A DNA stretch of 63,035 bases, filler included, from Dugesia japonica (taxonomy: Eukaryota), in assembly GCA_001938525.1 (NCBI GenBank). It is 6 parts of 6 records of this genome, joined end to end, with 100 filler letters (N's around TTAATTAATTAA, not from the genome) between each part and the next. Parts side by side here need not be neighbours in the genome. Positions count along the whole stretch, not along the records: positions 21,745 to 30,981 come from MQRL01624887.1; positions 31,082 to 43,364 come from MQRL01628574.1; 4 more parts are not named here. One strand, given 5' to 3'. Both the position numbers and the translations under genes were made by a program. The number at the start of each line of letters is the position of its first letter. Position 1 is the stretch's first letter. Below are positions 25,134-36,229 of this stretch, piece after piece. Under the pieces are notes generated by a model. It was not told where the DNA came from. It searched no databases and saw nothing but the letters and a program-made list of their open reading frames with translations.

Positions 25134-26045
25134 ATGTTTCATTTTATAATTTACATATTGATAATTAGTGTTGTAAATTGCGATATTTATGAATCTGCGG
25201 ATTCATGTGTTTTCAATAATATGACAACAGTAAATGCGGATTCTAATATCAAATGTGGAATAGAATGTAGTCTTAGACAATGTAAAGCATTTAAATTTAA
25301 TTCGATTGCAAAAAATTGTAATTTGTACAAATCGTCTGAGATTTGTCAATCAAATACTAATTGCACAAACAATACTGTTTTCTNNNNNNNNNNNNNNNNN
25401 NNNNNNNNNNNNNNNNTTATTTAATAAATATATTCATTGATTGATATTCTAATTCAGTATGAAAGTGATAATATTGGATTCAGATATAAAATATTGAATG
25501 GAGTTAATTACATATTTGATATTGGAAATCCATCAGTATACAATATTAATGATTCTCATGCAGCTGGTCCTTTACTAGTTGGAAACTCAAACAAAGTAAT
25601 AATGGGATTGGGAACATTTGGAAATAGTAAATTAATTTTGTATCCAAAAGCTCGTTTTGCTTCAAATTTGGCTCAATCTAAATTAACTAATTATCGATTG
25701 GCTACAAATATATTGAGATATTTTACTAATGGAGATTGCACTGATCCAAACGATTGTTATCATTCAATTGTTTATTATGTTAATTTCACTTATTTAAAAA
25801 ATCAGGTATTTGGGATAGAACAAGATTCAATATTTAATTTGACAGATTTGTTGAGCCAACCAAATATGGATAATTGGCATTTTATTGTTTCAGGAACATT
25901 TTGGATCTTCCCAATTTTTCCAGATATTCAAAAATTGGTCAATTTATATGGCTTGTGTATTACAACAAGTTCTGATAGCACTGATTTCTTTGTGAGGGGA
26001 AATATTTGTGAAAATATTACAAATTATAAAAATGGCAAATGTTGA
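25134..26045 (+). CDS. Secreted PAN/apple-domain protein; exon 1 from 25134 (donor hidden in the N gap), exon 2 25458-26045
   Basis: Hydrophobic signal peptide MFHFIIYILIISVVNC; PAN-like CGIECSLRQCKAFKFNSIAKNCNLY; TTCAG acceptor at 25457 in frame with the 202-aa ORF. Confidence 0.75.
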
Positions 26046-27987
26046 AAATGATAATTTTATTAGTGAGATTTCTCATTTAGTTTTGAAATTTAGTTTTGAA
26101 AATGTTTTAATCTTAGAAAAATAATTTTGATTATTGATTTTAATATTTTACCATTTGTTTTAATTTATTGGTGTATGCTTGTATCATTTTATATTGTAAT
26201 AGTATTTTGTTAATTGTATCATATTGATATCGATAATGATTTCAACAAAAAATTTAATTATAATACCGATTATAAGACAGTTTTTTAAAAAACAGATTTA
26301 AATTTTTTGTTTTGAAAACGGAATTTATTAAAATCAAATGTATATTTAAAATTGTATCAAGAAAATAATTTATAAAATAAATTAATAAAATTTAATGATT
26401 TTTAAAATATAAAATTAAATGAATAAAAGATGTTTATTTTAGGATATTTTTTAAAAATAAAAATATTTGTTAAATAGAATAAAATATAAAAATAAATGAA
26501 TAAGAGATGTTTATTATAATGTATTTTTTAAAATCTAATATAATTTAAATGTAATAAAATATAAAATTAAATATTTAGTATTTTCCGTTTTTAAATTTGT
26601 TTGTTTAAACAATTAATGATGTTATAGTTTTTATTGTAATAAATTTATGGAGTTGAATTCTGATGTTAATAATTTTATGAGTTTTCGAAACTCATCTAAC
26701 ACTGATTATATGGAGCTTTATTAAGTATTTTGTTTATTGAAACTAAAAATCGTAAACATTTTATTGAAATATTTATTTGAAAATTTCTCCAATATTTTCT
26801 AAATTCTGTAAAATTTCGATTTGAATGCAATTTTATTTAACTTATAAAATTTAACAAGACTGAAAAAAATAACGAACTAATAATTTATTGAAACATTTAC
26901 ATTGTCAAATCAGTAACAAAATACAGAACAATAAGATATGAAAAATAAATTACAAATGAAAAAATAAATGTTAAAATTATTTAACAAAATAAATTTTTGC
27001 TCATTACAAAAAAGAGGAATTATGTTAAAAAGTCGATTTAAAAATAGAAATTTCAAAAAAATTAAATGCATAATATAAAATTGTGAGAAATATTAACCAA
27101 TCAAAATTGATGAAAATAAATCAATAAATAAATCCAAATTAAATAGAAGAATTCTATAAATAATAGTTAACTGTATAATTTTATCCTTTAATTGAATTAA
27201 ATAAAATGTCTAAAATTGAAAATAAATTGACTTCGAATATCAATACCATAACAACGTGATATGTNNNNNNNNNNNNNNNNNNNNNNNNNNNNNNNNNNNN
27301 NNNNNNNNNNNNNNNNNNNNNNNNNNNNNNNNNNNNNNNNNNNNNNNNNNNNNNNNNNNNNNNNNNNNNNNNNNNNNNNNNNNNNNNNNNNNNNNNNNNN
27401 NNNNNNNNNNNNNNNNNNNNNNNNNNNNNNNNNNNNNNNNNNNNNNNNNNNNNNNNNNNNNNNNAAAATTTCAAAATTTCAAAAATAATAATTTTCTACG
27501 TATGGATGTATGTATGTGAATTTGTTTGTAACTTTCGAATATTAGAAGAAATATATTAATTTAAAACATTGATTTATTTTTTGTATTTTTTATTGAAATT
27601 TAAAAATTGACACAAAAATATTTGTNAAATAAATTCAGAGTACAAACAAGTTAGAGATGTATAAATATAAAATTTAAATGGCCGTTAATTTATATAAAAA
27701 TGGTTTGTAATAATTTTTTTGAAAATATAACAAAGTAAAGCTGTCTTAAAATAAATTTAATTTAAAGTAACCGATATTTTCATGAAAAATATGTAATAAT
27801 AAAATTTTATTAAAAAAATTATGAAATTATAACAGTAAAATCTATTCTTAATTAAACGCAACCTTGAGGGAAAAGAAACTGCACCTTATAATTTATAAAA
27901 AAAAATTACCTAACTCGCAGTTGAATTACTAATTTTATTGAAAATATATTGAATATCTAAGTCTATTTCTCAAGTAATCTATCACTT

Positions 27988-29998
27988 TTGAGCCATCCAT
28001 CGTTAAATGACGTTAGTAATTATCCTCAAGGGGTCGAAAAGTGGAATGATATTGGAAAAGGTACAGAAAAGGTATACAGGTTCTTAAAGAGGGAAAATTT
28101 TGCAGATGATAGAAAAGTAGAATGGGTTGGAACAATTGAAGCGCAACAGAAAACAAATATTTTATACCATAAATTGCAAGGCAGACCAAGTCTTACTGTA
28201 TCAATTCAAGGAAATAAAGTAGAATGTCTATTAGATACAGGGGCCCGAATTAACGTTATGAGTTTGAGTTGTTTTAATAAATTACGAGAAATGCATTTAG
28301 AAATGAGTGACAAAAGATTGCGTTGTGCAAATAAAAGTATACTTGAAATTGTTGGAAAAGTTAAAATTGGAGTGATAATTGATGAAGTTTGCAAAGAGAT
28401 TACTTTCTTAGTTGCTGAAATAGTCACACCAGATCTGATAAGAGGAATAGATATGCAGAAGATTTTTACATATCAACTTAGGCGAAAGGTTAACAGCAAA
28501 ACTAATGAAAAAGTAGAAAATTACATTTGTAATATTGAAGAAAAATTTGGGAGACAAATTAAAAAAGGAGAGCGATTAACAAGAGCTTTAAATATTTTGA
28601 AAATTAAAGAGTATCAACGGTTATTGTAAATAATTGAAATTAAAGAAGATGCTTTTATGGCAGATAATTAGGATGTAGAACGCACAGATCTAACAAGACA
28701 CAAAATAATCACAAGTTGTGAACCAATCAATGTAAAACCGTATAGGCAACCAATGAACTTAGAATCTAAAATTGAAGAAGCTATCCAAAACCTTTTTGAG
28801 AATAAAATTATCCGGAAATTCAACTCTCCTTAGAATACAGCATTGATTTGTGTTTGGAAAAAGGAATAGAGGACATAAAAATAAGTTAAAATTTCAAACA
28901 ATTGAATGCTGTAACGAAAAGACAAAACTTTCCGATGTATAATGTCGATGTAATGCTGGACAAGTTAGATGGAGCCAAATATTTCAGTTCAATAGACTTG
29001 GGAAATGCGTACCATTAGGTAGAGCTCGAAGAAGAATCTCAAGAAAAAACGGCATTTGACATTGGAGCGGCACCAGGGACATTTCAAAAGATGATGATAA
29101 AAGTGGTCGGCGGAATCAATGGATCCATGGTTTATCTTGATGATATTCTGATATTTACGAACAATAAAGATCAATACTATAAAATAATTGAAAGAGTATT
29201 GATGAAAATAATGAAGGCTGGTTTAAGAACAAATCCAGAAAAGTTTCAGTTTCTACAAAACGAAATCAAATTTCTTGGACACTGAACTGACTCGTCTAAA
29301 AAAGAAGCAATAAGAACATTTGGCAAACCTAACTGTGTAAAGAAGCGGCGCAGCTTTTTAGGAATTTGTAATTATTACAGGAAATTTATAGAAACTACGC
29401 AAGAAAATCAAGAATTTTAGAATAGTTCTGTAGCGGACCAAGTAACAAGAAATTAGAATGGACAGATGAAATAAACGATACTTTTGAGGGTCTGAAGAAA
29501 TCTCTAATAACTGCACCAATATTGTGTGTTCCAAACATAAATAAAGAATTCATATTAAATACAGATGTCAGTTTTGATACAATTGGAGCAGTATTGTCAC
29601 AGAGAGATAAAGAAGGAAGAGAAAGAGTTGTTGCTTATGGATCACACTCAATGACAAGTCATGACAAGGGATATTGCATTACACGAAAGGAGTTATTGGC
29701 TGTTTATTATTTCTGTATGCATTTCAAACATTACTTGTANNNNNNNNNNNNNNNNNNNNNNNNNNNNNNNNNNNNNNNNNNNNNNNNNNNNNNNNNNNNN
29801 NNNNNACCAATTACGTCACAATTCCAGACATGGATTAATTATCTGAGTAGTTTAGACATGGTTTTGGAATATATAAAAGAAATTCAACATAGTAATGCAG
29901 ATATGTTATCTAAACCAAGATGCGGGATATGTGTACAATGTCAAATGTCACATAAAGATGCCAAGAAAGGGAAGATTAAAACAAGAATACTGAACATA
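27988..29998 (+). mobile_element. Degenerate Ty3/Gypsy pol (protease-RT-RNase H)
   Basis: LLDTGA protease, KPYRQP, SIDLGNAYH, VYLDDILI (RT), LNTDVSFDTIGAVLSQ...YCITRKELLA (RNase H); multiple stops and frameshifts. Confidence 0.93.
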
Positions 29999-30981
29999 AG
30001 TAGGTAGATAGTGGCGCATCAGCCCACCACCCCACTGGTCAGAGAAATTTTAAGGCTGAACATATTTTAAGTGGCGCACCCCCTTCCCCCCACTGGCCAG
30101 AGAAAATTTTGGGCTAAAGATTTTTTAGGCTGAACATTTTTTAGGTAGATAGTGGCGCATCAGCCAACCCCCTCCCCCCGTGGGCAGAGAAAATTTTGGG
30201 CTAAACATTTTTTTTTACTTTTTATTTTTATTTTTTATTTTTATTTTTTCTAAAAATTTTTTTTTAAATTTTTTTAAAATTAAATTTTTGTGGAAATTTT
30301 TGGTTTTAATTAAGTAAAATTTGGTATCGTTGGAATTTTTAAGTGATGACAAATCTGATTATTGCGCTAAAAATTTAGTGACACGTCAACATAAACGGAT
30401 TTTCAAATTTTAAAATTTAAAATTTTTATTTTTTCGAGTCGAGACCGATTCCATTCTTCCTAAAATCAAAACGTACCTATACATTACCTAAAGGACTACT
30501 ATCGAAAAGTGCTTCGTTTCGGAGATAAAAGTTGTGGTGCATCAGCCCTACCCCCCCCCCCTAGCCGTCGAAGGCAAGGTGGTAGGAAATTCAACTTTAA
30601 ACATATAGATGTAGAATTTAATTCTAAGAATTTCTGTCATCTCTAAACGTTGGATTTGTGTGTCAACGGCACACATATTACCCTTTGAAGATTTGAAAGC
30701 AGTCTATCTCCAACATTTTGAAAAGTGGCCCAAAATAACTTATACGCAAAAGGTAGAAAATTTAATTGTCTACATTTCATATATCCATTGTCATCAGAGA
30801 AAATGGTTCAATTTTGAGATATTTGACATATTAAGAAATTTTACTTTAGGGTGGTAGCTTTGAATTTTTCAACTTGAAAATGATGTCATTGATTTTAGAA
30901 TTAAAATCTGTCTATACATTGTCTAAAGAATAATTACCGAAAAACGCTTCCTTCATGGTGAAAAAAGAAGGACGTGAGAGT
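29999..30981 (+). mobile_element. Repeat-rich DNA-transposon terminus, Polinton/Maverick-like, interrupting Gypsy pol
   Basis: Starts AGTAGGTAGATAGTGG exactly where pol homology stops; internal repeats GTGGCGCA..C-tract..CAGAGAAAATTTT. Family assignment is inferred from the AGT terminus only. Confidence 0.5.
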
Positions 30982-31081
30982 NNNNNNNNNNNNNNNNNNN
31001 NNNNNNNNNNNNNNNNNNNNNNNNNTTAATTAATTAANNNNNNNNNNNNNNNNNNNNNNNNNNNNNNNNNNNNNNNNNNNN
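30982..31081. other. Artificial scaffold-joining spacer
   Basis: 44 N + TTAATTAATTAA + 44 N. Confidence 0.97.
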
Positions 31082-31169
31082 TATTTTAAATAAGTTATTT
31101 AAAAATTTTCCGTGTTTTATTCCCCAAAGCTTCAAAATACCAGAAAGAGCTATTCGTTTAAATTTAAAT

Positions 31170-31960
31170 TAAAAACCAATCTATGGCTACATTTTGTAAA
31201 ACAAAGAGGTTTGATATGAGAATGGTGCAAATGAACAACGGAGAGCTGATGAAGATCGATTATTAGGTTTAGTCTATCGTGAAAAAACCATGAGTAGAGG
31301 GTGGTCGGAGAAAGCTGTTACTTCTGATAATGGACAAAATTTTGTTCGATTGGATATTCGAACGCAGATCAGGGAGTTTAATCGTAACAAGTTCAAACAT
31401 ACAAAAGCAATTCAATTATATAAACATATATAAATATATATTTTTTTGCTTCAAATAAATGGTTACACGGGTTTTTAAGGAGATATAAGCTAACATTAAA
31501 ATCTTCTTTTCTTTTTAAATTATATATAATTTTTTAACCAGCATTACATACAAAGAATTTATTGATATACTGGATCTCGGCCAATATTCTCCAGAATAAT
31601 ATATAACTATGAATGAAACGTCGGTTTTTACGGTGAGAATACACAAACAACTATTGATATCCACGGAAGTATCTCAATATATCTTCCATCAAATGGTTAT
31701 GAAAGTGCAAGAATTACATGTATTCTTGGTGTTCGATTGAATAGTACCAACACAATCAAATTTAAGACAATGCGTTGATATAAATTTTCCATTGGTAATT
31801 CGAGGTGGAAGNNNNNNNNNNNNNNNNNNNNNNNNNNNNNNNNNNNNNNNNNNNNNNNNNNNNNNNNNNNNNNNNNTAATGTTGTTGTCATTCCGACAGA
31901 TATGACAGGCTATTTGCAATTGATGGATATTACAGTCGTTTAAGCATTCCATAGGAAATG
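31170..31960 (+). mobile_element. pogo/Tigger-like (DDE_1) transposase remnant
   Basis: ITMNETSVF..TQTTIDIHGSISIYLPSNGYESARITCILGVRLN and VVVIPTDMTGYLQLMDI match pogo DDE motifs. Confidence 0.75.
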
Positions 31961-32758
31961 AAATTGTTGAAAAGGTGTTATGTTGGGTAGATAATGCATT
32001 GAATAATATATGTAATGATACATTTTATAATGGTTTGTATGTTTCACATTTAGTAAGTGATCAAAATTTTTCTGAAACATTAATTTACAAGTATGAACTT
32101 TATGGTGATAAATTAAAAGATTCTTTTATTGAAATACAACAACTCGCTCCTTAATAAGCAACATGCCAATTGAAGAAGACGATCCAGAGTGCGAAACATT
32201 AGTTTTTGAATGAAGTTATAATTTGTTGTGTTTAGTTTTAGTCGTAATAATAATTTTTTACAATTATTGCGAGAATAATTGTTGGACTTAACCTTTGATC
32301 GAATTTGAGGTTTCATTAAATTAAAAGCTTCGATCAAAATATTCTTTTTCTTTTTTTATTTCTTGATAATATTTCGAATTGATTTCGTCAGGAGTTGACN
32401 NNNNNNNNNNNNNNNNNNNNNNNNNNNNNNNNNNNNNNNNNNNNNNNNNNNNNNNNNNNNNNNNNNNNNNNNNNNNNNNNNNNNNNNNNNNNNNNNNNNN
32501 NNNNNNNNNNNNNNNNNNNNNNNNNNNNNNNNNNNNNNNNNNNNNNGATATGTAGTTCATGGCTAGTGGTTGGAATCGAGAAATTTTGTCTCAGGATTTC
32601 TCTGGACCTTTGTATTTTTGCTCCGGCTTGTTTCTTGAGAATTGAAAAAGTTGAAAAGGCGAGACTCTAGACTCTGGAAATTTTGTATTTCAAGTCCCGA
32701 GAAATTTGTAAAAATATAAATCATTCTACAATTAACAGATGGCGTGTGGCATCGATTA

Positions 32759-32905
32759 TACAAAGTGGCCCGGAAATAACCTAACTCTAATTACTGTATA
32801 AAAGACAAAACTTGGGAGGCATTTACAGCACCAGATTATCTGGCCTTATTTTCTTCGATGGCACAGTAACATCAGAATCATATCTATAAATGTTAAATGA
32901 AATGG
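32759..32905 (+). mobile_element. Tc1/mariner fragment
   Basis: TACAAAGTGGCCC end-like sequence and WGGIYSTRLSGLIFFDGTVTSESYL*ML. Confidence 0.5.
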
Positions 32906-33059
32906 CCACCAAATGCGTTTGTACTTTGGAGATAATGAAGACAAATGAAGATGTGGTTGAAGTGGATTCAGGAATCAAATTCAGGTAAAGTCAGCCACTT
33001 GGTTACAAAGAGAAATTATTTTATTTATTTACAACTGGTGTTATAATATTGACTGGTTG

Positions 33060-33560
33060 TAAATTCTGCGACACAGTAGTGGATTATAACAACTATTTAC
33101 GTGAATTGCTCAATAATCATATTGTAATAAACTGGCAAAATACAACAGTATAAAAAGGACAAGAATCTCTCAGTACGACGAAAAAATAACGTTGGAGTAT
33201 ATCTGACTCCTAATGGGAATTTCTTGGAATATGCAGAGAGTGGAGAAGGTTTTTTGTATTCAATTCCTGAGAGAACAGCAAATACACAGTTACCAATTCT
33301 AAGACTGTATCAGATATATGGATTTCTTACAATTAAATACTTGGATTATTTATTTACACCCATTTAAACGTGAATCACCCACAGAATTTTCTAGACCCAA
33401 TGAGAGGAATTAACACGCAAGGAGTGGTATTTAATTGAAATCTAGGTAAAGCACGAAATAAAAGTCATTTTGTAACCAATCGCCAAACGTTAGAGTCCTA
33501 CCTATGGGAGTACATGTGGCTAAGAGGTCTGGGAGGTCACAACGCTTTTGATTGTATTTG
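33060..33560 (+). mobile_element. Merlin (ISXO2/IS1595-like DDE) transposase remnant
   Basis: RRKNNVG, GICRE, FLYSIPERTANTQLPIL, VNHPQNFLDPMRGINTQGV and LESYLWEYMW, with frameshifts. Confidence 0.75.
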
Positions 33561-33627
33561 TTGTGACATAATGGCCTTCTTTATTATGGTAAAGCAAAAA
33601 TATNNNNNNNNNNNNNNNAAACAGCCA

Positions 33628-34172
33628 GATATTCTTTTAGGTTTATTATACAATACAATCTAAATATAATATTTTATATTCCATTTAAAGCTCAAACCTG
33701 ATTGGCGCTCTCATAATTGGTTATTTATTAACAATTGGTCGAGGACATTTTATTCTCTGGGAGAACTCTATTTAGTTAACAGTGGGGAGCTAGAAATGCT
33801 CTATTATGATAGGATATTCTTTTAAGTTTACTTTCTATTCCATTTAAAGCTCGAACCTGCTTGGCGCTCTCATAACTGGTTATTTATTAACAATTGGTCG
33901 AGGACATTTTATTCTCTGGGAGAACTCTATTTAGTTAACAGTGGGGGAACTAGAAATGCTCTATTATCATAGGATATTCTTTTAAGTTTACTTTCTATTC
34001 CATTTAAAGATCAAGCCTGATTGGCGCTCTCACAATTGGTCGAGAACGTTGGATTCTCTGGGAGAACTCTATTTAGTTAACAGTGGGGGAACTAGAAATG
34101 CTCTATTATGATAGGATATTCTTTTAAGTTTATTTTCTATTCCATTTAAAGCTCGAACCTGCTTGGCGCTCT
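33628..34172. repeat. Tandem repeat, ~160-bp unit, ~3.4 copies
   Basis: CCATTTAAAG(C/A)TC recurs at ~33681, 33840, 34000 and 34142, with shared TCTCTGGGAGAACTCTATTTAGTTAACAGTGGGG. Confidence 0.92.
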
Positions 34173-35140
34173 AAACTCCGACGCATTCGTCAGCTCCCTC
34201 ATATTTCCTAAACTTGATAATATTTTTGTTCTGGATGATTTTCAATCACTACGATTCTTTATTTTGTAGATTATTAAATTTCTCCAGTGTTGTCGGGTGT
34301 TTCGAATTTTTTTTGTGCTCTTGAGAAAAACAAAGTTTTGCAAAAAACGAGATTCTCGAGAAAAGAAGAAAAAGTCGAGAAATCCCAATCACACTGTGTC
34401 CGGCTTAATAATTAATCATTTACAAGTAATTTTGAACCTTGATAAATTAGTATTTTCCGAGTAATTTTATTTGATAATAATGTGTGTTTGTGTGTCTGTG
34501 TCTGTGTGTATGCAATGACATTGGAATCAATTATCACAGTAACGGACTCGTTCAAACTCGATTTCTATATTGAAACGTAATGTTTAAGGGATTCAAGGAA
34601 CAGATTAGATATTAATAATTAATATTTAATTAAAATTTAATTAAAATTTAATTAATTAATTAATTATTTAAAANNNNNNNNNNNNNNNNNNNNNNNNTAA
34701 AAATTTTCGATAGTAACCTACAATAGCGTGATAAGAAATTGATTTAATACAATTTTTTGTCAAACATTAACACATTTACTTCATAATTAATGTTTGATTA
34801 ATAATTAATTAATTAATTAAAAATTTTTGTAAAAATAATTTTTTTTGATAAAATTGTCGATAAAAACCTACAAAAGCATGATAAAAGATTGATTTCATTC
34901 AGATTTTTGTCAATCATTTTCAAATTTAATTAATTAAAATTTATTAATTATAATTAATTAATTATTTAATTTGTAATTTAAAATCTTGGTAAAAATCATT
35001 TGCTTTGATAAAGATTTTTCATAATAACCTACAATAGCATGATAACGAGTTGATTTAATTCTAATTTTGGTGAATCGTTTTCATATTTAGATCTATTTAA
35101 CTAAAAAAAATTTAACATGTTATTTACATTTCTGATTACT

Positions 35141-35854
35141 TTAACCCCGGAAAATTTTTTTTTTTTGAAAATACTGAAAACAATTCAATTGATAACAAAT
35201 TTGAAAACAGATTAGAATTTAAATTGAAATAAAAATATTTAATGAAAAGAACCTTATTTGGATGTTTGATACGATTGATTTGGTTTTCAATAAATTTAAT
35301 TTTTGTTTTGGATTCTTCATATAATCTTCTTGTTTCTTCTTTAAGTTTACCTTTATGAAGATGCAAAAGCTTTTCAGCACCATTTCGAACCTGATTTAGT
35401 TAAATAAATTTAAAAATTCAAATAATATCATACACAAATTTCAATTTCTAAACGATGTTCAAGATTTTTTAACGAATTATCCATCAATGAATCTGGTTGA
35501 TCAGCTATTTATTATAATTTTCAAGGAAAATCATTTAAAAATGGAAATTTTACTTATAGGGATTTTGAACTGATTTAAAGAAAGTTTATCGTCTTCAATA
35601 TCATCGATGTTATATTTATGTTGAATGATTTCAGCGTTTAAAGCTTTCACTAAGGTTAAACTTCTTCTCTCATCTACAACAATCCCAGAATTATTTTCAG
35701 GCACCAACATTTTCTGAATACCAGCTTTATTCTTATAGCAAATATTTAATTTGCTTCTATAATCATTCTGTAAATTCTCTAGGAAATCAATTACTTCTAC
35801 TAGAGACTTCTCTAGAGAAATTTTATACTTTTCCTTTATTTCTTCTAAAGTGGC
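35141..35854 (-). CDS. PKN-like tandem HR1 (Rho-binding) protein, partial; exons 35854-35554, 35504-35434, 35390-35253, possibly 35173-35141
   Basis: Spliced translation LKNLEHRLEIEIC|VRNGAEKLLHLHKGKLKEETRRLYEESKTKIKFIENQI matches PKN HR1b; the first exon (..KNKAGIQKML..ALNAEII) resembles HR1a. In-phase GT-AG introns of 49 and 43 nt. Start exon not identified. Confidence 0.78.
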
Positions 35855-36229
35855 CTAAAAATTAAAATGAAGATTATTCATTTTTAACGTAAAAAATAAA
35901 TTTTAAAATTAAATTATTATAATATAATCATCAGAAAAGATAATCTGTTAAAGATTCAATTTATAAATTTCTTTACGGAAAAAATTTAAAATATTTTAGT
36001 AATTTATTGAAGTTTAAAACAACAAATTTAAATACAATTCTTATACATTAAAATAATTTCGAGTTAAAAAATTAATAAATTAAACCATTAATGAAAATTT
36101 TATTTTTCCTTTTATTCATATAACGTCAATAAAACTAAAATTAACGAATTCAATAGTAAATTGAGCACTCAGATATTGAGTGGATCAAAAACTAAATAGA
36201 AGAATAGTAAAATATAATGACATTATATT

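Noticed and set aside
27181-27519. ORFs spanning N runs (also 32321-32670, 54744-55043, 56456-56795)
   Set aside because: Open only because Ns contain no stop codons.
33628-34172. CRISPR array
   Set aside because: Whole ~160-bp units repeat with no unique spacers, there are no cas genes, and the context is eukaryotic.
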